DNA from: an uncultured Nitrospiraceae bacterium
Lineage (GTDB): Bacteria; Nitrospirota; Thermodesulfovibrionia; UBA6902
Length of the DNA stretch: 64,000 bases
Assembly: GCA_964347155.1 (NCBI GenBank)
Contig: CAYFXR010000062.1
Span: forward strand, 1,246 to 65,245
Direction of reading: 5' to 3'
In this document: positions 41,771 to 51,575 of the stretch, one piece after another
How the letters are laid out: every line of letters starts with the position of its first letter
Numbering within the stretch: position 1 is the stretch's first letter
Notes under the pieces: model-generated
Seen by the model: only the letters and a program-made list of their open reading frames with translations
Told to the model about the DNA's origin: nothing
Databases searched by the model: none
Position numbers and translations under genes: made by a program

Positions 41771-42613
41771 TTAAACAAAATGCGGCACGAAGCCGTATTT
41801 TTTGTAAATCTCCTGTGCTTGAGGTGATTTTATAAAATTCAGGAATTTGTCTGCATTTTCTGGGTTTGAACCATTTTTGAGTTTGGCAATAAAATAGTTT
41901 ACTTTATCACTTTGGTCAAGTTCTTTACCTGGTTCAACAGCCTCCACTTTTAGGCCGTCTTTTATTGCATTAACAACCTCTGTTGCCCACACCGGTCCGA
42001 CATCAATTGTGCCTTTTTTTATCCTTAAAGGGGTTTCTCTGTGGTGAACGACTGTTAATATGGTTGTACCTTCCGCCCTTTTTTCTTCAATAATTTTTTT
42101 GAGAAGCGAATCTCCACCAGCTTTTTCGTACATATCATAAATGTAACGAGAAATATCTTCCATGGCACCGGGCTGTGAAATTCTTATGTCATCACGGCCA
42201 AGGTCATTGACAGTTTTTATATTTGCGGGGTTACCTTCAGGAACCATTAACACTATCCTGTTATGAAGATATATAAAGTTATGATTGATATACATTTTAT
42301 CGGAAAGTTCTTTCATGGCTTCTTCAGTAACCGATGTGTAAATGTCGGGTGTTACATTAATAACCATGTCTTTGAAACGTGCACCACCTGCAAGTATCTG
42401 TTTTAACTCAAGTCCCGGAGGTAGGGTTTCATAGAATATTTTTTCAATCTCTGGATGTATGTTTTGTAATTCACCAACTAAATCATCCATTACCATAAAC
42501 TGATTGCCTGCCATAAAAAGAACAAGGTCAGCATTATTCATGTATTCGATGTTGTGAAGATCATCCCCCCGTGTTGAAGGTATTTCAGGCAAATCAATAT
42601 TTATTTGTTTCAT
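41771..42613 (-). CDS. ModA-family (molybdate/tungstate-binding, PBP type II) protein with no recognisable signal peptide.
   Basis: The C-terminus NADKFLNFIKSPQAQEIYKKYGF parallels E. coli ModA NATVKAFYDYLKGPQAAEIFKRYGF (recalled sequence). The N-proximal LVLFMAGNQ parallels ITVFAAASL. The N-terminus MKQINIDLPEIPSTRGDD is hydrophilic. Confidence 0.5.
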   Translation of the reverse strand: MKQINIDLPEIPSTRGDDLHNIEYMNNADLVLFMAGNQFMVMDDLVGELQNIHPEIEKIFYETLPPGLELKQILAGGARFKDMVINVTPDIYTSVTEEAMKELSDKMYINHNFIYLHNRIVLMVPEGNPANIKTVNDLGRDDIRISQPGAMEDISRYIYDMYEKAGGDSLLKKIIEEKRAEGTTILTVVHHRETPLRIKKGTIDVGPVWATEVVNAIKDGLKVEAVEPGKELDQSDKVNYFIAKLKNGSNPENADKFLNFIKSPQAQEIYKKYGFVPHFV

Positions 42614-42775
42614 TATAAGAATTATTTTACAATTTTCTATATATAAATAAAGTAATGTATGGGCTTTTATTAATTATACGTTCTTGTCGTGAAATCATCA
42701 ATTTTAATGTTGTATGTACAAAATATTTGCTTTTATTAATTAGTGTTGGATCACTGATGTCCAAAACAATGGCAA

Positions 42776-42906
42776 ACAGCAGGCTGAATGCCGAGAAAAC
42801 AGAATTGCGACACCTTTAGTAGAGGGGGGGGAGAGGGGGGGATTTGCTATAAAGACATTTATTATAAAATCTACCCTTACCCCTCTTTGCCAAAGAGGGG
42901 GATATA
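42776..42906. repeat. Family E module (42776-42812) followed by a family A hairpin array in reverse orientation (42822-42906).
   Basis: AGGCTGAATGCCGAGAAAACAGAATTGCGACAC, then GGGGGGGAGAGGGGGGGATTT...ATTATAAAATC...CCCCTCTTTGCCAAAGAGGGGG. The latter is the reverse complement of the GATTTTATAAT-containing family A core. Confidence 0.75.
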
Positions 42907-43167
42907 ACTTAAAGAATGTTTTCAATGATGCAATGTTTTATATGCATCTGGATTATCTGATATAAAAAGTATAAAATCAAATGTACATCTATCTTGAATT
43001 TTTTTCCCATAGTCAGTTCAAAAAATGAAATTATTACCGTGAAAATAATTCAGGATAATGCATGAGAAATTGAAACACAAACTAAATATCCGGAATTTTA
43101 TATTAGCTTACTAAATGAAGAATAGATGAACTGGTAAAATCGATGCAGTATGCTGTAAAGTAAGTTT

Positions 43168-44262
43168 ATGAATTTATCAATTACACCTTTAAAAGAGTGG
43201 GGTTTACTCAATAAAGATATATTTCTTTCGGCGGGCCCTTGCAGTGCAGAATCAGAAGAGCAACTGTTTGAGACAGCCAGAGGACTTACAAATCGTGGAG
43301 TCAGCTTTATGCGTGCAGGAATATGGAAGCCAAGAACGCACCCCGGTACCTTCGAAGGGGTAGGTATTAATGGTTTGAAATGGCTGGTTCAAGTTCGGGA
43401 AAGATTCAATTTGCCTATCGGGATTGAAGTTGCAAATCCCTATCATGTTGAGGCTTGCCTGAAAAATAATGTGGATGTTGTATGGATAGGTGCCCGGACT
43501 ACACCGAATCCGTTTGCGGTCCAGGATATCGCTGATGCACTGAAGGGCACAGAGGTACCGGTGTTTGTCAAAAACCCGATTAGTCCTGACCTTGAACTCT
43601 GGCTTGGTGCTATAGAGCGTCTGTATAATGCCGGCCTAAGAAAAATCGGAGTAATACACCGAGGATTCAGCACCTCAAGAAAGGTCTTATATCGATATGC
43701 TCCCAACTGGAAGATACCTATTGAACTGAAACGCCAGCTTCCAAATATTCCAATATTGTGTGACCCAAGCCATATTTGTGGTAAACCTGAATTAATTTTT
43801 TCAATTGCACAAGAAGCCCTAGACCTGCTTTACGATGGCCTTATGATTGAGGTTCATGTCAATCCGGCCAAGGCCTTGAGCGATTCCGGCCAGCAGATCA
43901 CTCCTGAACAGTTTCATTCATTGATCGACCGCTTAACGCTGAAGAGAGAGTTGAGCTCCAGCAAGGAATTTCAAGCCAGGATAAAAGAGCTTCGCCTGGA
44001 AGTTGACAATATAGATGAACACCTTATCACGCTGCTGGGTAAGCGAATGGAAATTGTAAGGAAAATGGGGGATTTAAAACGCAAAAATAATATTTCAACA
44101 TTGCAGCCCCAGCGCTGGAAAGAAATTATTGCCAGCAGACTTGCAGCAGGGACCGAGCAGCATTTATCTGATGAATTTATCTTTCAACTTTTTCAGGCCA
44201 TTCATGAAGAAGCTATTCAACATCAGGAGGCAGACATGAAACAGGGATTTAAAAGAAAATAG
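43168..44262 (+). CDS. Bifunctional 3-deoxy-7-phosphoheptulonate (DAHP) synthase (class I-beta) / chorismate mutase.
   Basis: The N-terminal 260 aa are the KDO8P/DAHP-synthase TIM barrel (GPCSAESEEQL...GVSFMRAGIWKPRT). The C-terminal 90 aa form an AroQ-type chorismate mutase helix bundle (ELRLEVDNIDEHLITLLGKRMEIVRKMGDLK). Confidence 0.85.
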   Translation: MNLSITPLKEWGLLNKDIFLSAGPCSAESEEQLFETARGLTNRGVSFMRAGIWKPRTHPGTFEGVGINGLKWLVQVRERFNLPIGIEVANPYHVEACLKNNVDVVWIGARTTPNPFAVQDIADALKGTEVPVFVKNPISPDLELWLGAIERLYNAGLRKIGVIHRGFSTSRKVLYRYAPNWKIPIELKRQLPNIPILCDPSHICGKPELIFSIAQEALDLLYDGLMIEVHVNPAKALSDSGQQITPEQFHSLIDRLTLKRELSSSKEFQARIKELRLEVDNIDEHLITLLGKRMEIVRKMGDLKRKNNISTLQPQRWKEIIASRLAAGTEQHLSDEFIFQLFQAIHEEAIQHQEADMKQGFKRK

Positions 44263-44366
44263 CTGCTAATTCTTTTTGCTCTCGGAACTTAAGAATTGAT
44301 ATACATATTTATCCAAAAAACAACAAAATATATTTGTCTATAAAAAAAATTAGTGTATAATTCAAT

Positions 44367-44840
44367 ATGGACTCTTCAGAGAAAATAGAAATCTTACGTA
44401 AAAAAGTGCAAGAAGCATTCAGGTTCTTTAAAACCCTGACTGATGAAGAAGTAAGTGCTTTCCTCGATTTTTGTGATGTAAAACAAGTGGCAGCAGGAGA
44501 GACTCTTTGGCGTGAAGGAGACAGCGACAATTATGCGGCTTTTATTATCTCGGGCAAGATAGGTATTAAAAAGAAAACGGAATTCTTACATAAATACATG
44601 ATCGTCGGGACATTTGCTAAGGGAACAGTAGTAGGCGAACTATGCCTTCTTACAGATCATTTGCGGTCTGTTACAGCGGTGATAATTGAAACTGTTGATC
44701 TTGTGATCCTAACCAGTAAAAAATTCGAGAGATTGATCACAGAGCAACCAATTTTAGGGTTAAAGCTTCTCAGGCATATTTTTTTAGTCATATCTAAGCG
44801 CCTCAGCAGATCTACTGAACGCATAGCTTCAATCTTTTAG
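44367..44840 (+). CDS. Cyclic-nucleotide-binding domain protein (stand-alone cNMP-binding).
   Basis: Contains ...AAGETLWREGDSDNYAAFIISGKIGIKKK...GTVVGELCLLTDHLRSVTAVIIETVDLVIL, the beta-barrel of CAP/PKA-type cNMP domains. Confidence 0.75.
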   Translation: MDSSEKIEILRKKVQEAFRFFKTLTDEEVSAFLDFCDVKQVAAGETLWREGDSDNYAAFIISGKIGIKKKTEFLHKYMIVGTFAKGTVVGELCLLTDHLRSVTAVIIETVDLVILTSKKFERLITEQPILGLKLLRHIFLVISKRLSRSTERIASIF

Positions 44841-44894
44841 CCTGCCCCTTATTTGATATAGGGAATCTAGGAATTTTTTTGTATGTTTCCCTGC

Positions 44895-45000
44895 CACAGT
44901 GGGATACCCCACGTGGTGTCCCACTTTCGCAGGGACGGCGTCTGGATCATCCGGTCAAGCCCTGAACCAAATGGTTCAGGTCAAGCCGGATGATGACATG
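44895..45000 (+). repeat. Family C repeat copy (CACGTGGTGTCCCACTTTCGCAGGGACGGCGTCTGGATCATCCGG...CTGAACCAAATGGTTCAG...GATGATGAC).
   Basis: About 85% identical over the 45-nt core to 9296-9340. It carries an extra internal hairpin CTGAACC-AAAT-GGTTCAG. Confidence 0.75.
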
Positions 45001-45220
45001 AAGGTTCGTTATGTCTGTAAACAAATCTTCGTTAAGGTTACCACCCAATTGCTGTAAACAGAGAATCGTTCAATTTTGGGTTAATAATTATTCTGAAGCC
45101 TTTAAAAAGTAAATAAAGAAATACATCTAATGTGCCGATTAATTTACTGGATAGAAAAACGATGTACCGAGATATGCAAGCTGGATCAATCTGTAAAGTT
45201 TTATTAAGAAAGAGAGGAAC

Positions 45221-45445
45221 ATGGTAAACGTGGCAGTACGTGAAATTGGAATTGTTAAATGGTATGACCAAGGTGAAGGTTATGGTTTTATTGCTCGAAA
45301 ACAAGGAGAAGATGTCTATGTGCATTACAGCGCCATTATTTGTAGTGATGGCAATTGTATATTAAAAGAAGGTGATCCAGTTGAATTCTCAATGGCCGAT
45401 AATAAAAATGGCCCTCAGGCCCAGGATGTAGTTATTCTAAAATGA
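45221..45445 (+). CDS. Cold-shock protein (CspA family).
   Basis: Contains GIVKWYDQGEGYGFI and VYVHYSAI, the RNP1/RNP2-like motifs of the cold-shock domain. Confidence 0.85.
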   Translation: MVNVAVREIGIVKWYDQGEGYGFIARKQGEDVYVHYSAIICSDGNCILKEGDPVEFSMADNKNGPQAQDVVILK

Positions 45446-45599
45446 AATGTTTACCTACCACATTTTTTAATTATTGAAGCCGTACTGGTTATTTTTTTTT
45501 ACAATTTGCTTAAATAAATATAATAGATAATGAATAAGTTGATGAAAATAATGGAAAGACAAATAACATTTTTCAAGCAAGAAAAGATTATGATAAAAA

Positions 45600-46388
45600 A
45601 TGTTTGTATTTTTTGAAAAGATAGGCGCTCATGTTCTATATTATGTAAATCAAACCGGAAGAATGGGGATATTTCTTTTTTATTCCTTGCTGAGCATAGT
45701 AAAGCCTCCATATAAGATTTTTCCTATAATCAAGCAGACCTATATAATAGGAGCTCTTTCAATATTTGTTATTCTTTTCACCGGTGCATTTACAGGCATG
45801 GTCCTTGGGCTTCAAGGTTATCATACCCTTAGTAAATTTGGAGCAGAGGGTCTTTTGGGTTCTGCTGTTGCCCTGAGTTTGATCAGGGAATTAGGACCTG
45901 TTTTGGCCGCGCTCATGGTTACAGGCCGGGCTGGATCAGCTATCTGTGCCGAGATAGGGATCATGCGCATTTCAGAACAAATCGATGCCCTGGAATGCAT
46001 GGCAATTGATCCGCATAAATATATAATTGCTCCTAAATTCATTGCAGGAATTATTTCCCTGCCGCTTCTGACTGCAATCTTTAACGTGATAGGTATATTA
46101 GGCGGATATGTAATAGGTGTAGGTTTATTAGGAGCTAATGAAGGGACATATTTTTCGAGTATGTACAAGGATGTGGATTTTGATGACATATACATGGGAT
46201 TTGTGAAATCTCTCTGCTTCGGTATGCTGATTATATGGATATGTTCTTCAAAGGGTTATTTTGTACATCTGACAAAGGGAGGAGGATTTGGAGCCGAGGG
46301 AGTCAGTGCTACAACGACTAATGCAGTAGTTTTATCGTCAGTGAGCATTTTATTGTTTGATTACTTTTTAACGTCGGTGCTTTTATGA
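45600..46388 (+). CDS. mlaE: Phospholipid ABC transporter permease MlaE.
   Basis: 262 aa with 5 TM helices. Contains RELGPVLAALMVTGRAGSAICAEIG, typical of MlaE/TGD1. Confidence 0.85.
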   Translation: MFVFFEKIGAHVLYYVNQTGRMGIFLFYSLLSIVKPPYKIFPIIKQTYIIGALSIFVILFTGAFTGMVLGLQGYHTLSKFGAEGLLGSAVALSLIRELGPVLAALMVTGRAGSAICAEIGIMRISEQIDALECMAIDPHKYIIAPKFIAGIISLPLLTAIFNVIGILGGYVIGVGLLGANEGTYFSSMYKDVDFDDIYMGFVKSLCFGMLIIWICSSKGYFVHLTKGGGFGAEGVSATTTNAVVLSSVSILLFDYFLTSVLL

Positions 46389-47155
46389 AAGAAAATGCGA
46401 TTATAAAATTGATTGACGTCAGGAAATCATTTGGCTCACAACAGGTATTAAATGGTGTTAACCTCTCCATAACGGAAGGAAAGACAACAGTTATAGTTGG
46501 TGGAAGCGGACAGGGAAAGAGTCTCATTATTAAACATATATTAGGACTTGTTAAGCCTGACAATGGAAAAGTGCTGGTGTATGGCAAGGAATTAGATAAG
46601 ATTCGCAAAAAAGAACTCAAGGAGATTAGAACTGATTTCGGCGTTTTATTTCAAAATGCAGCCCTCTTTGATTCAATGACGGTTTATGATAATGTTGCGC
46701 TTCCACTGAGAGAGAGAACAAAGATTCCAGAGGATGAAATTGAAAGAATCGTTAATGAAAAATTAGCAATAATGGACGTTGAAGGTACGAATAACAAATA
46801 TCCTGCTCAGCTCAGCGGAGGCATGAAAAAGAGGGTTGGTCTTGCTCGTGCCCTTGTACTGAATCCTAAGATCATTTTTTTTGATGAGCCAACAACAGGG
46901 CTGGATGTTGCAAAGAGTAATGAGATATATCGTGTTTTTTCAAGAACTCAGGCACAATTAGGCTATACATCTGTTATTGTCAGTCATGATGTGCCGAAGA
47001 TATTTAAATTGGCTGATTATGTGGCGTTGCTTTATAATGGGGTCATTCAGGACTGCCTGACTCCGGAGGAGTTTCAGCTTTCAAGTGATCCTGTCATAAA
47101 GGATTATGTGGAAACAACAATGGGACCACTTTATTCAGGTGAAATGGAGGGTTAG
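46385..47155 (+). CDS. mlaF: Phospholipid ABC transporter ATP-binding protein MlaF.
   Basis: Walker A GGSGQGKS, signature LSGGMKKRVGLARAL and Walker B IIFFDEPTTGLD. Confidence 0.9.
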   Translation: MKENAIIKLIDVRKSFGSQQVLNGVNLSITEGKTTVIVGGSGQGKSLIIKHILGLVKPDNGKVLVYGKELDKIRKKELKEIRTDFGVLFQNAALFDSMTVYDNVALPLRERTKIPEDEIERIVNEKLAIMDVEGTNNKYPAQLSGGMKKRVGLARALVLNPKIIFFDEPTTGLDVAKSNEIYRVFSRTQAQLGYTSVIVSHDVPKIFKLADYVALLYNGVIQDCLTPEEFQLSSDPVIKDYVETTMGPLYSGEMEG

Positions 47156-47157
47156 AT

Positions 47158-47598
47158 ATGAAAAATATCAATATTGAGACGGGTGTGGGAATTTTCTTAA
47201 TTGTCGGACTTCTTTGTCTGGGTTTTCTTTCTGTAAGGTTGGGTGATGTAAATCTTTTTGGTACTGAGCAATATACTATTAAGGCGCGTTTTGCGAATGT
47301 TTCCGGTCTTAAGGAAGGCGCAATAGTTGAGATTGCAGGCGTTACGGTGGGAAAGGTTTCTGAAATTCAACTCGATGACTATGAAGCTTCTGTAGAGATG
47401 CTTATTGATCCTAAAGTAAAATTACAGGAAGATTCTATTGCCTCTATAAGGACACAGGGTATTATCGGGGATAAGTATATAAAGATCAAGACAGGTGGCT
47501 CTGAAGAGTATATTGGAAAAGGAGAAGAGATATTAGAAACCGAGTCAGCTATAGAATTGGAAGAGCTTGTTAGTAAATACATTTTTGAGAAAGAATGA
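47158..47598 (+). CDS. mlaD: MCE-domain protein MlaD.
   Basis: An N-terminal TM helix followed by a single MCE domain, 146 aa. Confidence 0.8.
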   Translation: MKNINIETGVGIFLIVGLLCLGFLSVRLGDVNLFGTEQYTIKARFANVSGLKEGAIVEIAGVTVGKVSEIQLDDYEASVEMLIDPKVKLQEDSIASIRTQGIIGDKYIKIKTGGSEEYIGKGEEILETESAIELEELVSKYIFEKE

Positions 47599-47879
47599 AT
47601 ATCATGTCTGTCTAAATTAGATAATATCAGGAGGCTGAATACCTCACAAACACAATGAATCGACAATATATAACCTTATTTTGCTTGATCTCATTTTAGA
47701 GGATTTACAGAGTTCATATTCTTGAAGATAAGCTGAGAGCAGTTCTTGAGGAGTCGTCATTGTGTTTATTCGGCATCCAGCCTCCTTTGAGAAACTATTT
47801 TGGACAGCTATTAATGAATATAAAAATTAACTCCAGATAGTAAAGGTGATTGAATAATAATAAACATGAGGAGTAAAAA

Positions 47880-48482
47880 ATGAATATAAGAATAACACTT
47901 CCACTCTTGATTGTAGTAACGTTTATTTTGAGTCTATTTACAGCGGTTACGGCTGTAAATGCTCCGACAAATGCTGTAAAATCCACAATTGATGCTGTTC
48001 TTGAAACATTGAAGGATAAAGAATTATCCCATCCCGATAAAAAACAAGAAAGACGCAACAGGATAAGAGGTTTTGTGAGAAACAGATTTGATTTCGAAGA
48101 AATGGCCAAGCGTTCTTTGGCGAGGCACTGGAAAAAAAGGACCCCTGAAGAGAAAAAGGAATTTGTATCTATTTTCTCTGATCTTTTAGAAGCTTCTTAT
48201 ATAGGAAAGATAGAGGCTTATACAGATGAAAAAGTTACATATGATAAAGAAGTGCTTAAAGGTAATAGTAAATACGGAACAGTCGGTACTACAATTATAA
48301 CAAAAAGCGTTAATATTCCTATTGATTATAAGGTTATATTCAAAGATGGAAAATGGTGGGTTTATGATGTAGTAGTAGAGGGAGTAAGTTTTGTCAGTAC
48401 ATACAGAAGCCAATATAATAAAATTATTCTTAAGGAATCTTATGCACAATTGATCCAAAAAATGAAGAATAAACTTCATTAA
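47880..48482 (+). CDS. mlaC: Periplasmic phospholipid-binding protein MlaC (Ttg2D family).
   Basis: A signal peptide, then the Ttg2D/MlaC fold (RFDFEEMAKRSLARHWKKRTPEEKKEFVSIFSDLLEASYIGKIEAY). Confidence 0.8.
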   Translation: MNIRITLPLLIVVTFILSLFTAVTAVNAPTNAVKSTIDAVLETLKDKELSHPDKKQERRNRIRGFVRNRFDFEEMAKRSLARHWKKRTPEEKKEFVSIFSDLLEASYIGKIEAYTDEKVTYDKEVLKGNSKYGTVGTTIITKSVNIPIDYKVIFKDGKWWVYDVVVEGVSFVSTYRSQYNKIILKESYAQLIQKMKNKLH

Positions 48483-48602
48483 GTGAATTGGCTTTTGATG
48501 AGGAGATACCTTGAATTATTGAGATGTTTTTTTAGCTTTTGAAATACTTCTTTAACCTAAATGTTCCACTTTATCTAATGAAATAACCCGGGAACAAACT
48601 AA

Positions 48603-49550
48603 ATGAACTCGAAAAAGACTGCTTTATATAATTTTATTATAATTTTAACTATAGTATCCTGCATCCTACTTTCTATCCGCTTTTCTCACGGCACGGATGT
48701 GTTTAGTTCATCCGTTTTTATGGATCTTAAGACCTCTATAGAGGAACTGTCACTGAAAGTTGAAAGAGCTAGCCCTGGTATTGTATCGATTGTTGTTTAT
48801 GACAATACAGGGTCAGAAAAAGGAATAACCAGCGGTTTTTTTATAGACAGAAAAGGACTAATCATGACAAATGCCCTTGTTATGAAGGGTGCATACTCTG
48901 CGGAAGTATATAGCGAATCTAATTATTATAATGATGTTACCATTCTCAGCCGGAATGAGGATCTTGATCTTGCATTGATCCAGGTCAAGGCAATTAATGA
49001 GAGCGCCCTTGAATTCGATTTTGAATATAAATTGAGTCACGGTGAGAGAGTTATCGCTATCGGCAAATCACGTGGTTTAAAGAAGACCGTTTCAGAGGGT
49101 TTGATTAGTGCTGTCAGTAACATTAAAGAGAAATTAGAACTTATTAAAATTCAAACTGTCACACCGATATTATCTTATAACACAAGCAGGGATGGTCCTT
49201 TATTAAATATGGAAGGCAGGGTGATAGGAGTATTGACTACCGCGATTTCTGAGGATAAAAGTTTTAATACAATCCCCTGGATTTCAGATGATCAAAACAT
49301 TAATGCAATTGGTGGAAGCTCAATTAAAACTTTTCTTTTAAGGCAGTATAATGTAGAACATCTTCATCCCCCGAAGTCCAAAGTTTGGTCAAGGTGGTTC
49401 ATAAAATGGTCAAAAACAGTAGCCATTAATGGATTTATCACTTTGTATGAAACTGGATTTACAAAAATTTTAGCCGTTATTTTTGCTATCATATTATTTA
49501 TATCATTAATTCAGTGGCTTTACAGTAAAATGAAAAAGAATCTTTGGTAA
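48603..49550 (+). CDS. Trypsin-like (S1/HtrA-like) protease homolog that appears catalytically inactive, with N- and C-terminal TM helices.
   Basis: In the chymotrypsin-fold core, the conserved TNAHV is TNALV here (His to Leu) and GDSGGPLL is TSRDGPLL (Ser to Arg by best alignment). The Asp motif DLDLALIQV is retained. Confidence 0.55.
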   Translation: MNSKKTALYNFIIILTIVSCILLSIRFSHGTDVFSSSVFMDLKTSIEELSLKVERASPGIVSIVVYDNTGSEKGITSGFFIDRKGLIMTNALVMKGAYSAEVYSESNYYNDVTILSRNEDLDLALIQVKAINESALEFDFEYKLSHGERVIAIGKSRGLKKTVSEGLISAVSNIKEKLELIKIQTVTPILSYNTSRDGPLLNMEGRVIGVLTTAISEDKSFNTIPWISDDQNINAIGGSSIKTFLLRQYNVEHLHPPKSKVWSRWFIKWSKTVAINGFITLYETGFTKILAVIFAIILFISLIQWLYSKMKKNLW

Positions 49551-49607
49551 ACTAAAAAGCTTGCATTAATAAATTGTTTTTATTATATTTTTTAGTAGTT
49601 CTATAAT

Positions 49608-49845
49608 CCCAATAATGCAGACATTGCTTAATAAATTATTTAACTCGATATATTTATGAAAATTTTGCCAGAATACCCCTTGCTGTGCAAGGGGATGAAT
49701 GGCATCCTTTCAAATCCCCTCTCCCCTGGCGGGAGAGGGAGAGGGTGAGGGGGAACAAATTAATCAATCACCCCCACCTTAATCCTCCCCCGTCAAGGGG
49801 GAGGAGAATTAAGATGCCCCGCCTTGTAGGCGGGGAGCTTCACTA
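49608..49845 (+). repeat. Composite repeat locus: family B module (49608-49652) plus a family A2 hairpin array (49653-49845).
   Basis: Collinear with 30721-30915. Only single-base differences, for example TGGTGGG versus TGGCGGG. Confidence 0.85.
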
Positions 49846-49895
49846 GATTTATTGTTTTTGGTACTTTAGAAATAAAAGTAATTTTTTTCACTGCC

Positions 49896-50264
49896 ATGGA
49901 CATTTTTAGTAAGATAGCGGAGAGGAAGATACGCGAGGCTATAGAAGATGGCATGTTTGAAAACCTGTCCGGTAAGGGTGAGCCTCTTCATTTCGAAGAT
50001 GAAACGTGGATTCCTGAAGACCTGAGAATTGCTTATCGATTTTTAAAAAATGCCGGTCTCGTTCCTCCTGAACTTGAACTGAGAAATGAAATTGTAAATC
50101 TCAAAAATCTTATTGATACCCTTGATGATGATAAAGAACGGCTTAAAAAAATAAGGGAACTTAATTATAAAATCATTCATTTGAGTATATTAAGAAAAAA
50201 GCCTCTGAATCTGGAAGATTTTCCTGAATACGAAAATAAAATTATAGATAAAATATCTTCCTGA
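49896..50264 (+). CDS. DUF1992 (DnaJC28-like) domain protein.
   Basis: The N-terminus IAERKIREAIEDGMFENLSGKGEPL matches the DUF1992 signature as recalled. Confidence 0.55.
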   Translation: MDIFSKIAERKIREAIEDGMFENLSGKGEPLHFEDETWIPEDLRIAYRFLKNAGLVPPELELRNEIVNLKNLIDTLDDDKERLKKIRELNYKIIHLSILRKKPLNLEDFPEYENKIIDKISS

Positions 50265-50292
50265 TATTCAGTTTCCCTAATTTCTGCTTAAT

Positions 50293-50700
50293 CAAAATAA
50301 TGCAGAGTCGATTCGACCTCTAAAATTTATTTAACTCGATTTATCCCGTTAATAGTAAATATTTTACGGGATAAATTTATGAAGAAATGAACTTGACTAC
50401 CCCGTTTTGTAAACGGGGATGAAAAGTTCTCCTTATCAAATCTCCCCCTTTGGAAAAGGGGGATTAAGGGGGATTTTATAATTATAGCTTTTACAAATCC
50501 CCCCTTACCCCCCTTTACTAAAGGGGGGAAATAGAAGGACAGTTAATATTTTTTGAAGCCCCACTCTGTGGGCGGGTTAATTCACTAGTGAAATATGCAT
50601 ATGACAAAAAGACTGGATTGTCCGGTTAAACCGGACAATGGCATATGTATGATGCTGAATTGCGACACAGCCACAGGATGGGGGGCTGGAGAATGACAAA
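50293..50700 (+). repeat. Composite repeat locus: family B (including the hairpin TTATCCCGT-N16-ACGGGATAA), a full family A hairpin array, then the hairpin TTGTCCGG-TTAAA-CCGGACAA and E-like GAATTGCGACAC / GAATGACAAAAG modules.
   Basis: 50376-50587 is collinear with 28735-28945 and 2311-2455. GAGAATGACAAAAG resembles the IS left end CAGAATGACAAATAT at 7498-7512. Confidence 0.8.
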
Positions 50701-50851
50701 AGTGATGGCATTGCTCTCCCGTTAGACCGTTAAAAAATGGAGGAACTACTGTATAAAAATTAGAGTTCCCAGAGTTTTAGTAAATATGATAAGATTATGT
50801 TTATTATAAAAAATAGATAGTAATCTATAATGAATGTTTTAAGGAGGGAAA

Positions 50852-51568
50852 ATGAGTAAAGGGAAAGGTCTTGCTGTATTAATGCTGTTGATAATTCCAT
50901 TATTAATTGCAGGCTGTGTGGATAAAAAGAAGATTGATGCAATTGAAAAGACTCAAAAAGAGATATTGGCTAAGGTTGAGACCATAGAGGAAAATCAAAA
51001 GGAGATGCTGAAATTCTTTAAACCGAGGAGACCGACAGTTGATTTTGACAGGGTCCACAGGATTCCTGTGGGGAAATCGAAGATCAGGGGGAATGAAACG
51101 GCTCCTGTCACGATTGTTGAGTTTTCTGATTTTCAGTGTCCTTATTGTTCAAGGCTGCAATCGACTCTCAAACAGGTTTTAGATGCTTATCCCGATGACG
51201 TGAGGTTGGTTTTTAAAGATTTCCCTCTGTCATTTCATCAACAGGCAAGAAATGCTGCAAAGGCTTCCCATGCAGCAGGAGAACAGGGAAAATACTGGGA
51301 GATGCATGATGTGATCTTTGAAAATTACAATAAACTCGATGAGAATAAGTTTAAGGAATTTGCTGTTAAATTAAACTTGAATATTGAGAAGTTTATGGCA
51401 GACTACAAAAGCAATAAATACGATAATCAGATCCAAGAGGATTTTAATCTTGGTAAGAGCATTGGTGTAACCGGTACCCCTACACTTTTTCTAAACGGTA
51501 AGAGAATGAGGGGCCGGTCTTTTGATGACTTTAAAACAGGGATTGAGGGCTATGTAAAGAAGAAGTAG
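50852..51568 (+). CDS. DsbA-family thiol:disulfide oxidoreductase lipoprotein.
   Basis: Lipobox LLIAGC and the thioredoxin-fold active site FQCPYC. Confidence 0.8.
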   Translation: MSKGKGLAVLMLLIIPLLIAGCVDKKKIDAIEKTQKEILAKVETIEENQKEMLKFFKPRRPTVDFDRVHRIPVGKSKIRGNETAPVTIVEFSDFQCPYCSRLQSTLKQVLDAYPDDVRLVFKDFPLSFHQQARNAAKASHAAGEQGKYWEMHDVIFENYNKLDENKFKEFAVKLNLNIEKFMADYKSNKYDNQIQEDFNLGKSIGVTGTPTLFLNGKRMRGRSFDDFKTGIEGYVKKK

Positions 51569-51575
51569 AACATTA

